Source of the DNA: a virus
Lineage: Duplodnaviria > Caudoviricetes
Reading direction: 5' to 3' (one strand)
DNA: 64,000 bases
Virus record (IMG/VR): IMGVR_UViG_3300021399_000115
Coordinates: 68,320 to 132,319 of that record
The notes under the pieces were generated by a model. It saw nothing but the letters and a program-made list of their open reading frames with translations. It was not told the DNA's origin and searched no databases. Shown here piece by piece: positions 32,406-43,696 of this stretch. Made by a program: the position numbers and the translations under genes. Every line of letters starts with the position of its first letter. Positions within the stretch are counted from its first letter, which is position 1.

Positions 32406-32591
32406 TTGATTAAAATTTCTGCTGATGAGGCAAAATTTTTAAGAAGCAAAAATCGCGGTCATGATGTCCATATGAGTAGCGCAACGCATCATTCTAAAGC
32501 TAAACGCTACTATTTGACTACGTCCCCCAAATCGATGCGGTTGCTTGATGAGTACAGAAACTCCAAAACCGTTACTACGTTTACAAGATAA
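32406..32591 (+). CDS. Small basic hypothetical protein
   Basis: TTG start, 61 aa. Confidence 0.6.
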   Translation: MIKISADEAKFLRSKNRGHDVHMSSATHHSKAKRYYLTTSPKSMRLLDEYRNSKTVTTFTR

Positions 32592-32614
32592 TATTCCGCA
32601 AGGGGGTTTGAGCC

Positions 32615-33823
32615 GTGAGCGATGCAAAACTATTTCTCGACACTAATGTGTTGATTGAGAATCCGGACTACTTTGATGAGATGCCGTTTATCATTTCTGA
32701 TAAAACGCTGTTCGAACTTGAAGAAATCAAAAGTAGTCGTTCCAAAGCAGATGATGTTCGTTCTGCTGCGCGTAAAGCAATTCGATTCTTAAACGAGCAT
32801 AAAGACCAATATGATGTCATTGTCTATAATAATTCCATCAAGGAATTAATCAATTCTTACAATATACCCGAAACACCGGATAATATTATTTGCGCGTGTG
32901 CAAGATGGTATACTTCTGCAACAGTAACCCCGATTAAATTTATTACGTTTGATGTGGGATGTCGCGTAATTGCCGAGAAAGTGTTTAATTTAGACGTTGA
33001 AGAGTTTGAGCATCAAGACGAAATTTATAAGGGTTATGTGAAGATTACCGGAGACACCGAGTATATTAATAACTATATGAATAACTTAGACTATTCTAAA
33101 TGGTATACAAATGAGTATATCATTATTAATAATACAGATGACGGCTCTATTAAGGAAATGAGGTTTGACGGTACGATGTTTGTGCCGTTAAAGTTACCAC
33201 CGTCAAAATATATAAAAGGAAAGAACTCTCTCCAGAGGTGTGGATTGGATTTACTTAATAATCAGAATATTACTATATGTGCGTTGCTAGGCACGCCCGG
33301 TGGCGGAAAGGATTATTTAAGTGTAAGGTATGGGGTTTATGCCGTACAAGAAAAAGGTTATCAACAGGGAATTACTGTTTGTAGAGAACCCATTTCATCA
33401 GGAAGGGAGAGTGGATATTTACCAGGTACATTAGATGAGAAAATCGGGTTGTATTTTAAGCCAATTGAGGAGCAGTTAAATGGGAAAGAATTTGAATTTA
33501 ATACTCTTCAACAAAGAGGTCAGCTGGAAGTAATAACTCCGCATTATATTAAAGGTAGGACTTTTATTTCTCAATATATAATATGTGAGGAAAGTGAAGA
33601 TCTTACCGAAAAACAGATTAGGTTAATCGGTACTCGTCTTGGAGAAGAAAGCCGAATAATATTTAGTGGGGATTACAAGCAGAGTGAAATACTAAATACC
33701 AAAGAGAATTCGCTAATTAAGATGTGTAATTTCTTTAAAGGAAATCCGAGATTTGGTTGTATATATTTGGAAGAAGACGTTAGGTCTACTACTTCCAAGA
33801 TGTTTGCAAATATGTATTTTTGA
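32615..33823 (+). CDS. phoH: PIN-PhoH (PhoH2/YlaK-type) protein
   Basis: PIN: FLDTNVLI...ELEEIK...DNII; PhoH: GTPGGGKD, GYLPGTL, IKGRTF, GDYKQ. Confidence 0.9.
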   Translation: MSDAKLFLDTNVLIENPDYFDEMPFIISDKTLFELEEIKSSRSKADDVRSAARKAIRFLNEHKDQYDVIVYNNSIKELINSYNIPETPDNIICACARWYTSATVTPIKFITFDVGCRVIAEKVFNLDVEEFEHQDEIYKGYVKITGDTEYINNYMNNLDYSKWYTNEYIIINNTDDGSIKEMRFDGTMFVPLKLPPSKYIKGKNSLQRCGLDLLNNQNITICALLGTPGGGKDYLSVRYGVYAVQEKGYQQGITVCREPISSGRESGYLPGTLDEKIGLYFKPIEEQLNGKEFEFNTLQQRGQLEVITPHYIKGRTFISQYIICEESEDLTEKQIRLIGTRLGEESRIIFSGDYKQSEILNTKENSLIKMCNFFKGNPRFGCIYLEEDVRSTTSKMFANMYF

Positions 33824-33859
33824 TTAATAAATAATATGAATTAAAAGGAGAAAACAATT

Positions 33860-34165
33860 ATGGAAATCAGAACGATTAAACAAGATGCAACTACAGAAAC
33901 CGAAAACACCCCTAATGGCAAGGTTATTAAAAAGAGTTATATTGCCCGTCAGCTTCTGAAAGAGGGTCACAGAATTATTGATATTAAAGCGGATTCCGCA
34001 GACCCCGAGAAGAAAAGATCGGTCTTCGTTTTTGAATCGACACCTGAGTTTCAGGCGTCTCTGGACAAGATTATGGAGGCTCGTAAACGCGATCGTGAGG
34101 CTGATTTCGAGGAACGTGTTCGTCGCGAAGTCGAAGCTCGTCTTAAAGCAATGAGCGAGGAATAA
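33860..34165 (+). CDS. DUF5659-like small protein
   Basis: IARQLLKEGHRIIDIK...RSVFVFE. Confidence 0.6.
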   Translation: MEIRTIKQDATTETENTPNGKVIKKSYIARQLLKEGHRIIDIKADSADPEKKRSVFVFESTPEFQASLDKIMEARKRDREADFEERVRREVEARLKAMSEE

Positions 34166-34191
34166 TTAATAACTAACGGGGGATTATATAC

Positions 34192-34806
34192 ATGAACGAA
34201 TTTATTTTACCAGTAAATGGTGGACAATCCGATGTTTATGATGAACTTATGAGAGAATTTTTAAATAATAGAACATTAGTCTTTAATGATGATGTAGATG
34301 ATAATGTGATTGAAAATTACATCATGCATATCCTTAGGTGGAATAAGGAAGATATAGGTCTTCCCCCAGAACATAGAAAGAAAATCGTATTATTCATCAG
34401 TTCGCCGGGAGGGAATACGTTTAGTGCAAACATCATGATTGATGTGATTACTAATAGTATTACTCCGGTCGTGGGTGTTGGATTAGATCTCGTTGCTTCT
34501 GCTGCTTATGTGCTGTATTTGGCTTGTCATGAAAGATACGCATTCCGGGACTCAGCGTTTTTGCAGCATGAAGGTGATATGACCATTGAAAATTCTCGAA
34601 GTAAATTTAAAAATACCGCAACGTTTTTTGAGGAAATGGATAATCGCACAAAAGACTTTATCCTTTCCAGAACAAATATGACAGAGGAATTCTATGAAAA
34701 AATGTACGAACAGGAGTTTTGGTTCTTTGCACAAAAAGGAAAAGAACTGGGCGTCGTGCATAAAATCATAGGCGAAGATTGTACCCTTGATGAGGTACTT
34801 GCATAA
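34192..34806 (+). CDS. clpP: ClpP-like protease
   Basis: LFISSPGG, VASAA (Ser), FLQHE (His), KELGVVHKI. Confidence 0.85.
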   Translation: MNEFILPVNGGQSDVYDELMREFLNNRTLVFNDDVDDNVIENYIMHILRWNKEDIGLPPEHRKKIVLFISSPGGNTFSANIMIDVITNSITPVVGVGLDLVASAAYVLYLACHERYAFRDSAFLQHEGDMTIENSRSKFKNTATFFEEMDNRTKDFILSRTNMTEEFYEKMYEQEFWFFAQKGKELGVVHKIIGEDCTLDEVLA

Positions 34807-34818
34807 TATATTGATATA

Positions 34819-34858
34819 ACTGCGGAGATTTCGGGATGGGGATTTCCGCAGTATTTTT
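34819..34858 (+). terminator. Rho-independent terminator
   Basis: ACTGCGGAGATT...GATTTCCGCAGT followed by ATTTTT. Confidence 0.65.
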
Positions 34859-34875
34859 AAGGAGATACAGGGATT

Positions 34876-35181
34876 ATGGAAGAATTATTACAAGCATTGA
34901 TGAGTAATCCGGATGAAATTAATTCCGTGGTTACCGGGGTTATCCAGGCAGCAAAACCGATTATTTATTCCGCCGCAGGAGAACTCTTTGGTATGTATAA
35001 GGATTTGGTCAGCAACGATGAGTACTATGCGGTTGAGGCCACTAATTACAAGAAGAAATATGATGCGTTGACCAAAGCCGGTTTTAAGCCGACTCAAGCA
35101 ATGGATATATTACTTGCTACTATTAGAAGCACCAGAGATTACGCTGCGAAAACTTCCGGAGCTTCAGTGAAACTTAATTGA
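34876..35181 (+). CDS. Hypothetical protein
   Basis: 101-aa ORF with SD. Confidence 0.7.
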   Translation: MEELLQALMSNPDEINSVVTGVIQAAKPIIYSAAGELFGMYKDLVSNDEYYAVEATNYKKKYDALTKAGFKPTQAMDILLATIRSTRDYAAKTSGASVKLN

Positions 35182-35215
35182 TTATTTATTAAAGGATTAA
35201 AAGGAGAAATAAATT

Positions 35216-35437
35216 ATGCAGAATTATAAATATAAAAAACTTGTTAACTCTAAGTTCAACATCAAGGGCACTCTTTCGGCGGATGGTACCGCCCTTGAAT
35301 ATATCAACGGAGACGCTGAGTCTAAGACAATTTCTATTCTGGATTGTTTTAAGCCGTTTCGCGGCGAGGCTATTGATGTGAGTATTTCTACTAAGGACGA
35401 GATGGATTTAACGGATTCCTTCGAAGATGAGGAATGA
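35216..35437 (+). CDS. YonK-like protein
   Basis: Size, IKGTL...F.GE.I..SI pattern and position upstream of a YonJ-like gene, as in SPbeta. Confidence 0.6.
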   Translation: MQNYKYKKLVNSKFNIKGTLSADGTALEYINGDAESKTISILDCFKPFRGEAIDVSISTKDEMDLTDSFEDEE

Positions 35438-35454
35438 TTCGCGGGAGGTAATTA

Positions 35455-36672
35455 ATGATAGAATCAATTACCAAACGTTTACCTGGAGAAACAGAACTCC
35501 AATACATTACCCGGTTGGGTGATAAAAAATACGATGGACTTATTGATATGACTTGGCCTGAACTGGCCGAGTGTATTAATAAGGAACTCAATGATAACCC
35601 GGACGAGTACGTGACAGATTCAGTTTTTAGGAAGAAGTATGCGCTAGTTCGCAAATTCCGCGAGGATTTTGGTGACGCTACTCAATCGGCGGATGCTGAG
35701 GAGCTGCGAGAACTTCGCCGAGAGCTGGAGAAAGAGCGGGTTAAAGTTCGCGATGAGCGCAATGAGTATAGGCGATTACTTCGTGAACAAGCGAGGAAAG
35801 AATCCTATATGGAGCAGTTTATTCGTTCTATTAAAGAAGCTGCGGATTCTCACGCTCTGGAGTATGAGGACAATGCCCGTTTTCATGGTACTATTACTTC
35901 TGATAAAGATATGATTATCCCGTTATCCGATGTCCATGCTGGCATTAATATTAATAACTTTTGGAATGAGTATAACGAGGATGTGTTGAAGAAACGGTTA
36001 AATCACTATCTTGACCGTATATTCGAAATACAGCTCACCAATGGTTGTCAGAACGCCTACGTACTACTATCTGAGATGTTATCGGGAATTATTCATTCCA
36101 CGCTTAGGATTGAGAATAACCAAGATTTGATTGACCAGTTTCTTATGGTGATGGATTATATTGCTGATTTTATTGCGGCTATCAGCTATAGATTTAATGA
36201 AGTAAATGTATATGTGGCGCCCGGGAATCACTCACGAATTACTCCCAACATTAAAGAAAGTCTCGACCATGAGAATTTTGATAATCTGGTGATTCCGTTC
36301 TTGAGTGCTAAACTTCAGAATTTTAAGAATGTCACTTTCCACACTAATGACATTGAACAAGGTATTGCGATGTTTGCCGTTCGTGGTATGAACGTGGCGT
36401 TTGTCCATGGCGACAAAGATACCCCGGATAATGTTATTGATAACCTTATTCAGCTGACGGGGATTAAGTTTGGGCTAATTTTGCTCGGTCATCGACACAC
36501 CAATGCATATATGACTAGGAGCAACGTTAAAGTTGTGCAAACCGGCTGCTTGTCCGGCACCGATTCGTTTGCAATAAGTAAGCGATTAAATAACTACCCT
36601 GAGCAGACCGTTCTTGTTATTGATGAGAATGAAGGTCTTGATTGTATATATGATGTTAAGTTCAAGGATTGA
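35455..36672 (+). CDS. Calcineurin-like metallophosphoesterase (YonJ-like)
   Basis: LSDVHAG, PGNHSR, VHGD, GHRH motifs. Confidence 0.85.
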   Translation: MIESITKRLPGETELQYITRLGDKKYDGLIDMTWPELAECINKELNDNPDEYVTDSVFRKKYALVRKFREDFGDATQSADAEELRELRRELEKERVKVRDERNEYRRLLREQARKESYMEQFIRSIKEAADSHALEYEDNARFHGTITSDKDMIIPLSDVHAGININNFWNEYNEDVLKKRLNHYLDRIFEIQLTNGCQNAYVLLSEMLSGIIHSTLRIENNQDLIDQFLMVMDYIADFIAAISYRFNEVNVYVAPGNHSRITPNIKESLDHENFDNLVIPFLSAKLQNFKNVTFHTNDIEQGIAMFAVRGMNVAFVHGDKDTPDNVIDNLIQLTGIKFGLILLGHRHTNAYMTRSNVKVVQTGCLSGTDSFAISKRLNNYPEQTVLVIDENEGLDCIYDVKFKD

Positions 36673-36709
36673 CTTTACTTAACTGCTATGATTAAAAGGA
36701 TGGATTATT

Positions 36710-37267
36710 ATGAGAAATATTGAAATTATCAGAGACGTTGATTGTTTCTTTAATGATTATTGGGACGATGAACTGAGATTTGCAATTATCGCCGATTATG
36801 ACGATGCTAGGGACTTTATCAATATTGGAATCCGCTTCGGTTGCGAACTCGGTGATTGTTCCGAATTCACGGAAGAAGATAATGGGCCGTATATTATTAG
36901 CATTGATGAACGTACTATTTGGGTACAGCCCGCGTTTACCGATCCCGAGAAATATGTGGGTGACAAGACATTTGTCTTCTGTGAAGCAGACTATTACTTT
37001 ATTGATGCGGAGTACGCATATGATTATATCGAGGATTATCCTCGCACCGAGAGTGATGTCTTCCCGATGATTATTGGCGAGCCTGAGAATCTGGGCGTTT
37101 ATAAGTATACGAACCATGATTGTGCACTTTGCCCGGATGATGACAGATGCGGATTCTGCTTCTGCTTTGATGACGAGGACGGGCATCATCAGTTTAGGTA
37201 CCGCGGGAATAGTGTTTTGTCTGATGAAACTATGGAACACATTATCAATACACAATTTTTGAATTAA
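36710..37267 (+). CDS. Acidic hypothetical protein
   Basis: 185-aa ORF with SD; Cys cluster near the C-terminus. Confidence 0.65.
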   Translation: MRNIEIIRDVDCFFNDYWDDELRFAIIADYDDARDFINIGIRFGCELGDCSEFTEEDNGPYIISIDERTIWVQPAFTDPEKYVGDKTFVFCEADYYFIDAEYAYDYIEDYPRTESDVFPMIIGEPENLGVYKYTNHDCALCPDDDRCGFCFCFDDEDGHHQFRYRGNSVLSDETMEHIINTQFLN

Positions 37268-37363
37268 TTATTTGGCCGACGAGGCCGTTATTCCTAATAC
37301 ATGAAAAACTTGTGGATGCGCACCATGGTATTGGCTAAGTTTAAGGTTATACGCCAATAATAT

Positions 37364-37435
37364 AGCGAGATAGAGCAGAGGAAGCTCGCCACTTTCATAG
37401 GGTGGAGGTCTCCGGTTCAAATCCGGATCTCGCAA
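37364..37435 (+). tRNA. tRNA-Met(CAT)
   Basis: Cloverleaf: AGCGAGA/TCTCGCA (1:72 mismatch, as in initiators), anticodon arm CCACT-TTCATAG-GGTGG, T arm TCCGG-TTCAAAT-CCGGA; no encoded CCA. Confidence 0.88.
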
Positions 37436-37438
37436 TTT

Positions 37439-37534
37439 GCGGATAAACATAGGTACTGATCATGCCTATGGGGACATTTATCATCCGAGTGTCCTATTCC
37501 GCTGGTTTTAATAATCGGGTGGAGAAGGGATGAT
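37439..37534 (+). ncRNA. Three-way-junction element, copy 1 (loop complementary to downstream initiation region)
   Basis: Outer stem GCGGA/TCCGC; hairpins CATAGGTA/TGCCTATG and GGACATTT/GAGTGTCC; loop ATCATCC pairs with GGATGAT at 37528-37534. Confidence 0.6.
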
Positions 37535-37538
37535 GATT

Positions 37539-38063
37539 ATGAGTGAAAGAAAAATAATTGCTAAAGCTATTGATATAGAAACTGGTGAAGAATTAGCTGA
37601 TATTTATGAGGGTGATAAAATTATTTCCCCAAAAGAACCAAATGATTAGATTGAAAATTATAATGGAGATAAAAGATTCGTGAAGTTATTCGATGGTATT
37701 AGTGAACTACGTAAAGCAATAAATAATGATGGTGTATTTTCAACTGCGGTTAGTTTAGCGGATTATGTTTGTTACGATGATTGTGTAATACGTATGGGCG
37801 GACATAAAAATGGAAGAGTTATGAGCGTTCATGATTTGTCCGATGCATTAGATATTCCCTATAACACATTAAGAAAACATATTAGTGCGTTATATAAAAA
37901 TGGTGTTTTAGCGTTATGTAAAACTGGGACTAGGGGTAATCCAGATTTATTAAATGATTGTATAATTGCTAATCCTAGCGTGTATTTACGAGGAACAAAA
38001 GTTAATAAAACAGTTTTATCTATATTCGAAGAGAGTGGATGGGGTAATTATACAAAAGAATAA
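37539..38063 (+). CDS. RepL-like winged-helix DNA-binding protein; first TAG-recoded gene
   Basis: ATG 37539 (or 37530) is in frame with ORF 37680 through one TAG; HTH VHDLSDALDIPYNTLRKHISALYKNG and IANPSVYLRG. Confidence 0.7.
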
Positions 38064-38141
38064 TAAGACACTAAGAGATTTATTTGCCCTGGAAATAATT
38101 AAATTATTTAGCGATTATATGGAATTTTATATAAAAATGAG

Positions 38142-38247
38142 TTGGTCAAATTTGGTCAGCGTGGCAAAAAATGGTCAGTAAATTATTTATTAGGTTCACT
38201 GGTTTTTTGAACGTTTGCCGATTTAATCGGTTGATCAAATTTGGTCA
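38142..38247 (+). repeat. Direct repeat TTG(G/A)TCAAATTTGGTCA x2
   Basis: 38142-38158 and 38231-38247, with an extra TGGTCA near 38172. Confidence 0.7.
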
Positions 38248-38315
38248 AGCCAAATTATTATAGAAAATAGTCGTCAATTAAAGTTGATGACCGGCAAATT
38301 TAAGGAGGTGAGTTT

Positions 38316-38417
38316 ATGCGCCTAAGTGACAAAATTATTTGCAACCTTGTAGCCGTCATTGGCGGTTGGAGTATGACGGTTGCATTTTGCAACGTTGTTA
38401 AATTAATAACACATTGA
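38316..38417 (+). CDS. 33-aa hydrophobic peptide
   Basis: SD AAGGAGGTG; MRLSDKIICNLVAVIGGWSMTVAFCNVVKLITH. Confidence 0.55.
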   Translation: MRLSDKIICNLVAVIGGWSMTVAFCNVVKLITH

Positions 38418-38498
38418 TTCGTTCATGTTGGTACGCGGGAGAGTAACTATTACTCTTCTGCTTCGGGTTCGATTCCTGGGGTGAAATTTATTATTTTA

Positions 38499-38567
38499 GA
38501 GTATGTGGTGTAATGGTAGCACACTTCGCCTGGGACGAAGGGGAGACGTTCGAGTCGTACATATTCT
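38499..38567 (+). tRNA. tRNA-Pro(TGG), slightly degenerate T stem
   Basis: GAGTATG/CATATTC acceptor, D arm GTGT-AATGGTA-GCAC, anticodon arm CTTCG-CCTGGGA-CGAAG, TTCGAGT loop. Confidence 0.7.
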
Positions 38568-38622
38568 ATTTGCCAGTGATAAATATGGTAAAATCAATAT
38601 GATTAAAAGGAGGTAAAAGGTT

Positions 38623-39981
38623 TTGTCTGCAACCAGAATAGTGAAAAAAGGTTAGAAAAAGCCGGTTTCACCGAAGGAAGCCGGTAAAACTACAAACCTA
38701 AAAGAAATAGATAAGACGATTGATTAGTTATGCGAATTGTTTGATACGCTTAAACCTAGTGATTAGATAAAAGCACTCGAAGCGATGGGCGTTGGGAGTA
38801 AATTCTTTACGTGTCAGCATTGTGGTCACGTTAAAACAAAAGATAAATTCTATGTTTCTACTGCTCCCGGACAAGCATCTGGATTAACGGACGGATGTAA
38901 GCAATGTGCGGAAGAAATTGCACTGCCAGTTGTTAATGGAGAAAAATAGCAACCAACCAAACAAACGGTTGACGACGCTATGTATTTTTTAAACAAACCA
39001 ATGTTGGAAACTGTATGGGAAGCATCTCTTCTCGAAGCTGCTAACGGAGCATCTGGGAAAGGCAAAAGTAATGTTTATACTTCATATTGCAAAAATATCC
39101 AGATGGTTAATTATTATACAATGACTTATAGAGAGTCTGACAATTATACCGGTGGCGCAATGTCTCTTGAAGATATGACGGAAAATGCTTTACCAAAGGA
39201 CTAGGAAATTATTGAACAATTTGAAAAAAATAAAAATGACACTTTGCGGTTATTGGGGTATCTTCCTTTTGATAAAGAAAAGCTATCCGACTAGCCGTTT
39301 TTATATTCGTAGTTAATAGGTTTTTTAGATTCATCTGAAGAAGGCAACGATGATATGATGAGAACTGCTTCTATTATATCCATCGTTCGTGGTTTTTTAT
39401 AGGCTTCAAATATTGATGACATGGTTGCTCAGTTATCGCAAGATTTTAGGAATGCTGAAAAGAATATAGCCACTATCAAAGCCCTTCAATAGATGAAAGC
39501 GCAAATTTTGAGTAGCGTGAATAATCTTGCCAAAGAGAGCTGCATTTCTTTAAAGAACAGTAAACATTCTATCAGAGGCGAAAACACTTGGACCGGAAAA
39601 CTTAAAAAGATATAGGAATTAAATTTAAGAGATGGGCAAGTAAACGGTTTTGATATTGGAACTTGTCGAGGTATGTAGCAAGTACAAGAAATCGCCGATG
39701 CCTCTCTTATGAAGCAATTGGCTCTTGATGAGTCAGAATGGTCAGATATGGTTGCGATTATGAGAAAAACCATCCAAGAACTTCGTGAAGAATGTAATTC
39801 ATATAAAGAGATTAATAGAATACTTCTCTAGGAGAATCTTGATCTTAAAGATTATTTAGAAGAAAAAGGAATTGATATTAGTAATCAATATAGGAATTTA
39901 AGAGATCTATATTCTGTTTTTGCCAATGATGAAAACGAGGAGGACGACGAAAATGAAGACGCTGATTTCTCCAGTTTATGA
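38623..39981 (+). CDS. Zn-finger protein upstream of terminase (YonG-like; possible small terminase), TAG=Gln
   Basis: TTG start with AAGGAGG; one frame to TGA 39979-81 with about 12 in-frame TAG; CQHCG...CKQC. Confidence 0.75.
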
Positions 39982-42010
39982 TTTTGGCTATTTGGATTAT
40001 GACAAGGACTTTTATAAAGATTACGGTGTATTTGTCAAGCCAATTGATTATCCTATGTCTAGTAGAAAAATTGAGTCTTTGTTAGCAATTGCAGAAATGC
40101 AGAAGTATTATCAATGTAATCCTGTTAGATTTATTGATAATTTTTTCAATATTGAGTTATTAGATATGTAGTCGCTCGCCGTATAGAGAACATGGTTTAC
40201 TCCAAATTCTCTCCTTGTTTGTACGCGAGGTTTTGGTAAATCGACAGTAATTGATCTGGAGTTAATGTCTAAGGGGATGTTATTCAATAATTATTGGGCA
40301 TATATTGCTAGTGGGTCCGGTAGTTAGGCACAGAATACTTTCACTACTCTTGAAAAATTAGCAAATGATAATATTGATACCTTTACAGGTTCTACTGGAA
40401 AGATATTTAAGGATGAGATTGTCATTAGCAATGCGTCTGGAGATGGTTTTAGCCATTCTTCCGACGGCTTTAAATATACTTTGTATAATGGTTCTTTTTC
40501 CCAAACGTTAAATGCTAATATAGATGCACACCGTGGCTACAGAGGCACGATTGTGTTTGATGAAAGTGGATTTTTATCTGATGAATTGATGAACGTTTAT
40601 GGAGCGTTTGCTGCTGTAAATAAAAATCTTAAAACTGGTAAGGACGCTAGTGGTAAATCTATAGACCCAATTAGATAGAGATGCTTTCCACAAGGAATTG
40701 GATATCAAAAAATATATATTAGTTCCGCAAGTAGTACGGATACTGCATTCTATAGGTTATATAGAGAATTCGCGAAAAATATGATAATGGGTAATCCGGA
40801 GTATGTTGTTCTTCATATGGATTGTGAGTTGGCATTTAAACCTACAATTAGAGGAGAACTTGTTGCTCCTCTTCTATCTCGCTCAACAGTTGATTATGAA
40901 ATGAGAACAAATCCCGAAAAGGCTAGACGAGAATATTATTGTCAATTTACCACAGAGGCTGGAGCTGATGCTATTGTAAAGCGCGGAGTCATTACTCGTA
41001 ATGAAGAAACGAGAAAACCAGTTCATAGTAATGATACCGGTAATAGGAAATTTTGGATTTGTTATGATCCAGCTAGGATGAGAGATAATTCTGTAGTTTT
41101 AGTTGCTGAGCGTTACGAATCTCCACTTCCTGATGGGTCGAAGGAATATAAAGCGAGAATTGTTAATTTAGTTAATCTGTTAGACGTAGGTAAAAAAATA
41201 AAATCACCTATGCAAACACCGGATCAAGTTGAATATTTAAGACAAATGATTCTTGATTATAATGGTGGTGCTGATAATTATGATAATATTCTTGGGATTT
41301 ATATAGATGCCGGTTCTGGTGGGGGTGGTCCAATTATTGCGGATATGTTAATGCAAAACTGGGTCGATAAAGCCGGGGTTGAACACAGAGGTTTTATAGA
41401 TAAGGAATATTCTGAGGAGTACGTTAAAAGATTTCCGGACGCGGTTTAGGGAAAACTCCATATGATGAATCCAAGTGCTTATAAATCGTAGATGTACGAA
41501 GCACTTATAGAAATGTTAAATTAGAATAAAATTAGTTTTACCGCTAATTACGATCATAAAGGATATCTTACTGTTTTTGATGTTGATTAGAAAATGATTG
41601 ATGAAGAGACAAAAAAGATAACTGAAAAATTAAAGAAACAAAAGATTGTAGGGAAAGAGTTTGAAGAAAAGTTAAAAGAGGAACTTAATAAACTACAATC
41701 GGTAAAAACGAAAACTATTAAGTTGGATTGGCGAGATGAAATTGGTCTTGTTAATATAGATATATTAAAAGAAGAATTGGTAAATATGGTGAGGAAGAAG
41801 AGAGATACAGGCAAAGATTCTTTTGAATTAACACCGGAAAAGGCAAATAAAATGCACGATGATCGCGCATATACTTGCGCTTTGCTTGGATGGGCTTTGC
41901 TTCAAGAACGTAGAAGTGATATTTTGAAGAAGCCTAAAAATCAAGATCCACAATAGCTATTTTCTCAATTTACATTCCGTCAACCAAAAAAAGTAACCAG
42001 ATTTAAATAA
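39953..42010 (+). CDS. terL: Terminase large subunit (YonF-like), TAG=Gln
   Basis: Four track ORFs share one frame joined by 9 TAG; ELLDM*, TRGFGKS (Walker A), IVFDESG (Walker B), ISSAS, YDPAR, YIDAGSGGGG, HDDRAY nuclease motifs. Confidence 0.92.
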
Positions 42011-42025
42011 TAAAGGAGGTGCCGC

Positions 42026-43609
42026 ATGGCAACAAGAAAGAAAACCGCTGACCGCGGCCCCAAAAATAATGAAACTAAAATAACTACAATCCCCACGGAT
42101 GTGGAAGATTTTTCATATAAGCGTGAACGTGCGCAGACAATGACATTCGCCAAGATGGAAGAAATTCTTCAGCGTAACGCCACTAGGTCTGTAAACAGAA
42201 CTTTCACGCAATACACTAAAGACCTCGTAAAAACATATATTTAGTCGCCGGCTAACAATCAAGATACTCTTAGAGAAATTTCGAGATTCTTAGTTAGAAA
42301 TTCTATGTTGTATCAAAAAATGATTATGTATATGGCGGCGATGCCGTTGTTCTATTATACAATTACTCAAGCAAATGATTTGTCCGAAGAAATAGATGTG
42401 GATAAGGCACTTAAAGGTTATCAAAAAGTACTTGAGACTTTTGATAAATTTAGCCTAAAAAAAGACATGTATACGGCATTGTATCTTGCAATTCGTGACG
42501 GATTTTATGCTGGGTATGTTTATGAGAATAAATAGGGAAGAACTTTTTTAATGCCGTTAGACGTTCAATATTGTAGAATAGTCGGGAAAAATGAGTACGG
42601 AGAATGGGTTGTATATTTTAATGCCGCCTTTTTTGACGCCGCCAACAACAGTGAGTTTGTTCTCGGCGTTGACGGACAGGGAAGTTACGCAACCTGGGAT
42701 GAAGTATTTATCAATGGTTATCGCTTATATAAGGATGGTGGACGTGATTATCAATGGTTTAGATTGCCTCCCGAAAAATGTTGTGTTTTGTTAATTGGCC
42801 CAGAGGATGAGTTCTCGTTCCCATTACCATATTTTCTTCCGCTGTTTACGGATTTATTAGATTTGCTTGATTTGCAGCAGATTCTTCAATCTAAAACAGA
42901 ACTTGAGAATTATGCTTTGATTGTGAATAAGATACCGTTAGTGGATAATGGTAACAGTGGGGATGTTGATGATTTTGCTATCTCAATGGAGATGGTTAAT
43001 TATTTTCGACAGCTTGAGGAACAGTCAGTGCCGGATTTGGTCGGTGTTATTACTGCCCCGTTCGACATTGATAAAATTATGTTTAATGATACGTCACATG
43101 CGTCAGATACAGATGCGTTAGCGAAATCTATAAATAATCTTTTTTCCAACAGCGGACTAACACAAACAGTTGTGTCTGGCGGAAATTCTACTTCTAACTT
43201 GGCGATTAAGTTTGCACAGCTTGCAGATCAATCAAACGTTTGGGTTTGGGTAAATAGGCTTGAGTCTTGGTTAAACTTTTATATTGCGGAGAATATATCT
43301 AGGGGGTATATCTTTGAAATATTGAGAATAACCTGGTTTAATGAGGATGACTACATCCAAAGATATAAAGACTCCGCGACACTTGGCGGCCCAGCTTTGG
43401 ATTATTTGTCCGTTGTTGAGGGAACGCCATATAAAGCAATCAACAAGATTAGGTTTGAGAACGCTATTGGCATTAAGGATATGATGAAGCCACTACAATC
43501 AAGTTATAATACTTCCAGTAATACTGTTGGGAGACCTAGGTCAGATGATGATGATTTAAGCGGTAGCGCTGAAAGAAGTAGAAATACTGGTAGTACAATA
43601 GCTGAATAA
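42026..43609 (+). CDS. Portal protein (YonE-like), TAG=Gln
   Basis: Three ORFs in one frame joined by 2 TAG; 527 aa; immediately after terL. Confidence 0.8.
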
Positions 43610-43625
43610 TTATTTATGATTTTTA

Positions 43626-43660
43626 AGAGCGGGAGATTAGTCCCGCTCTATTATTTTATT
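43626..43660 (+). terminator. Rho-independent terminator
   Basis: AGAGCGGGA-GATTAG-TCCCGCTCT followed by ATTATTTTATT. Confidence 0.7.
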
Positions 43661-43696
43661 TAATGAATTTAGCGCGGTAATGCGTTAATGTTTTAT

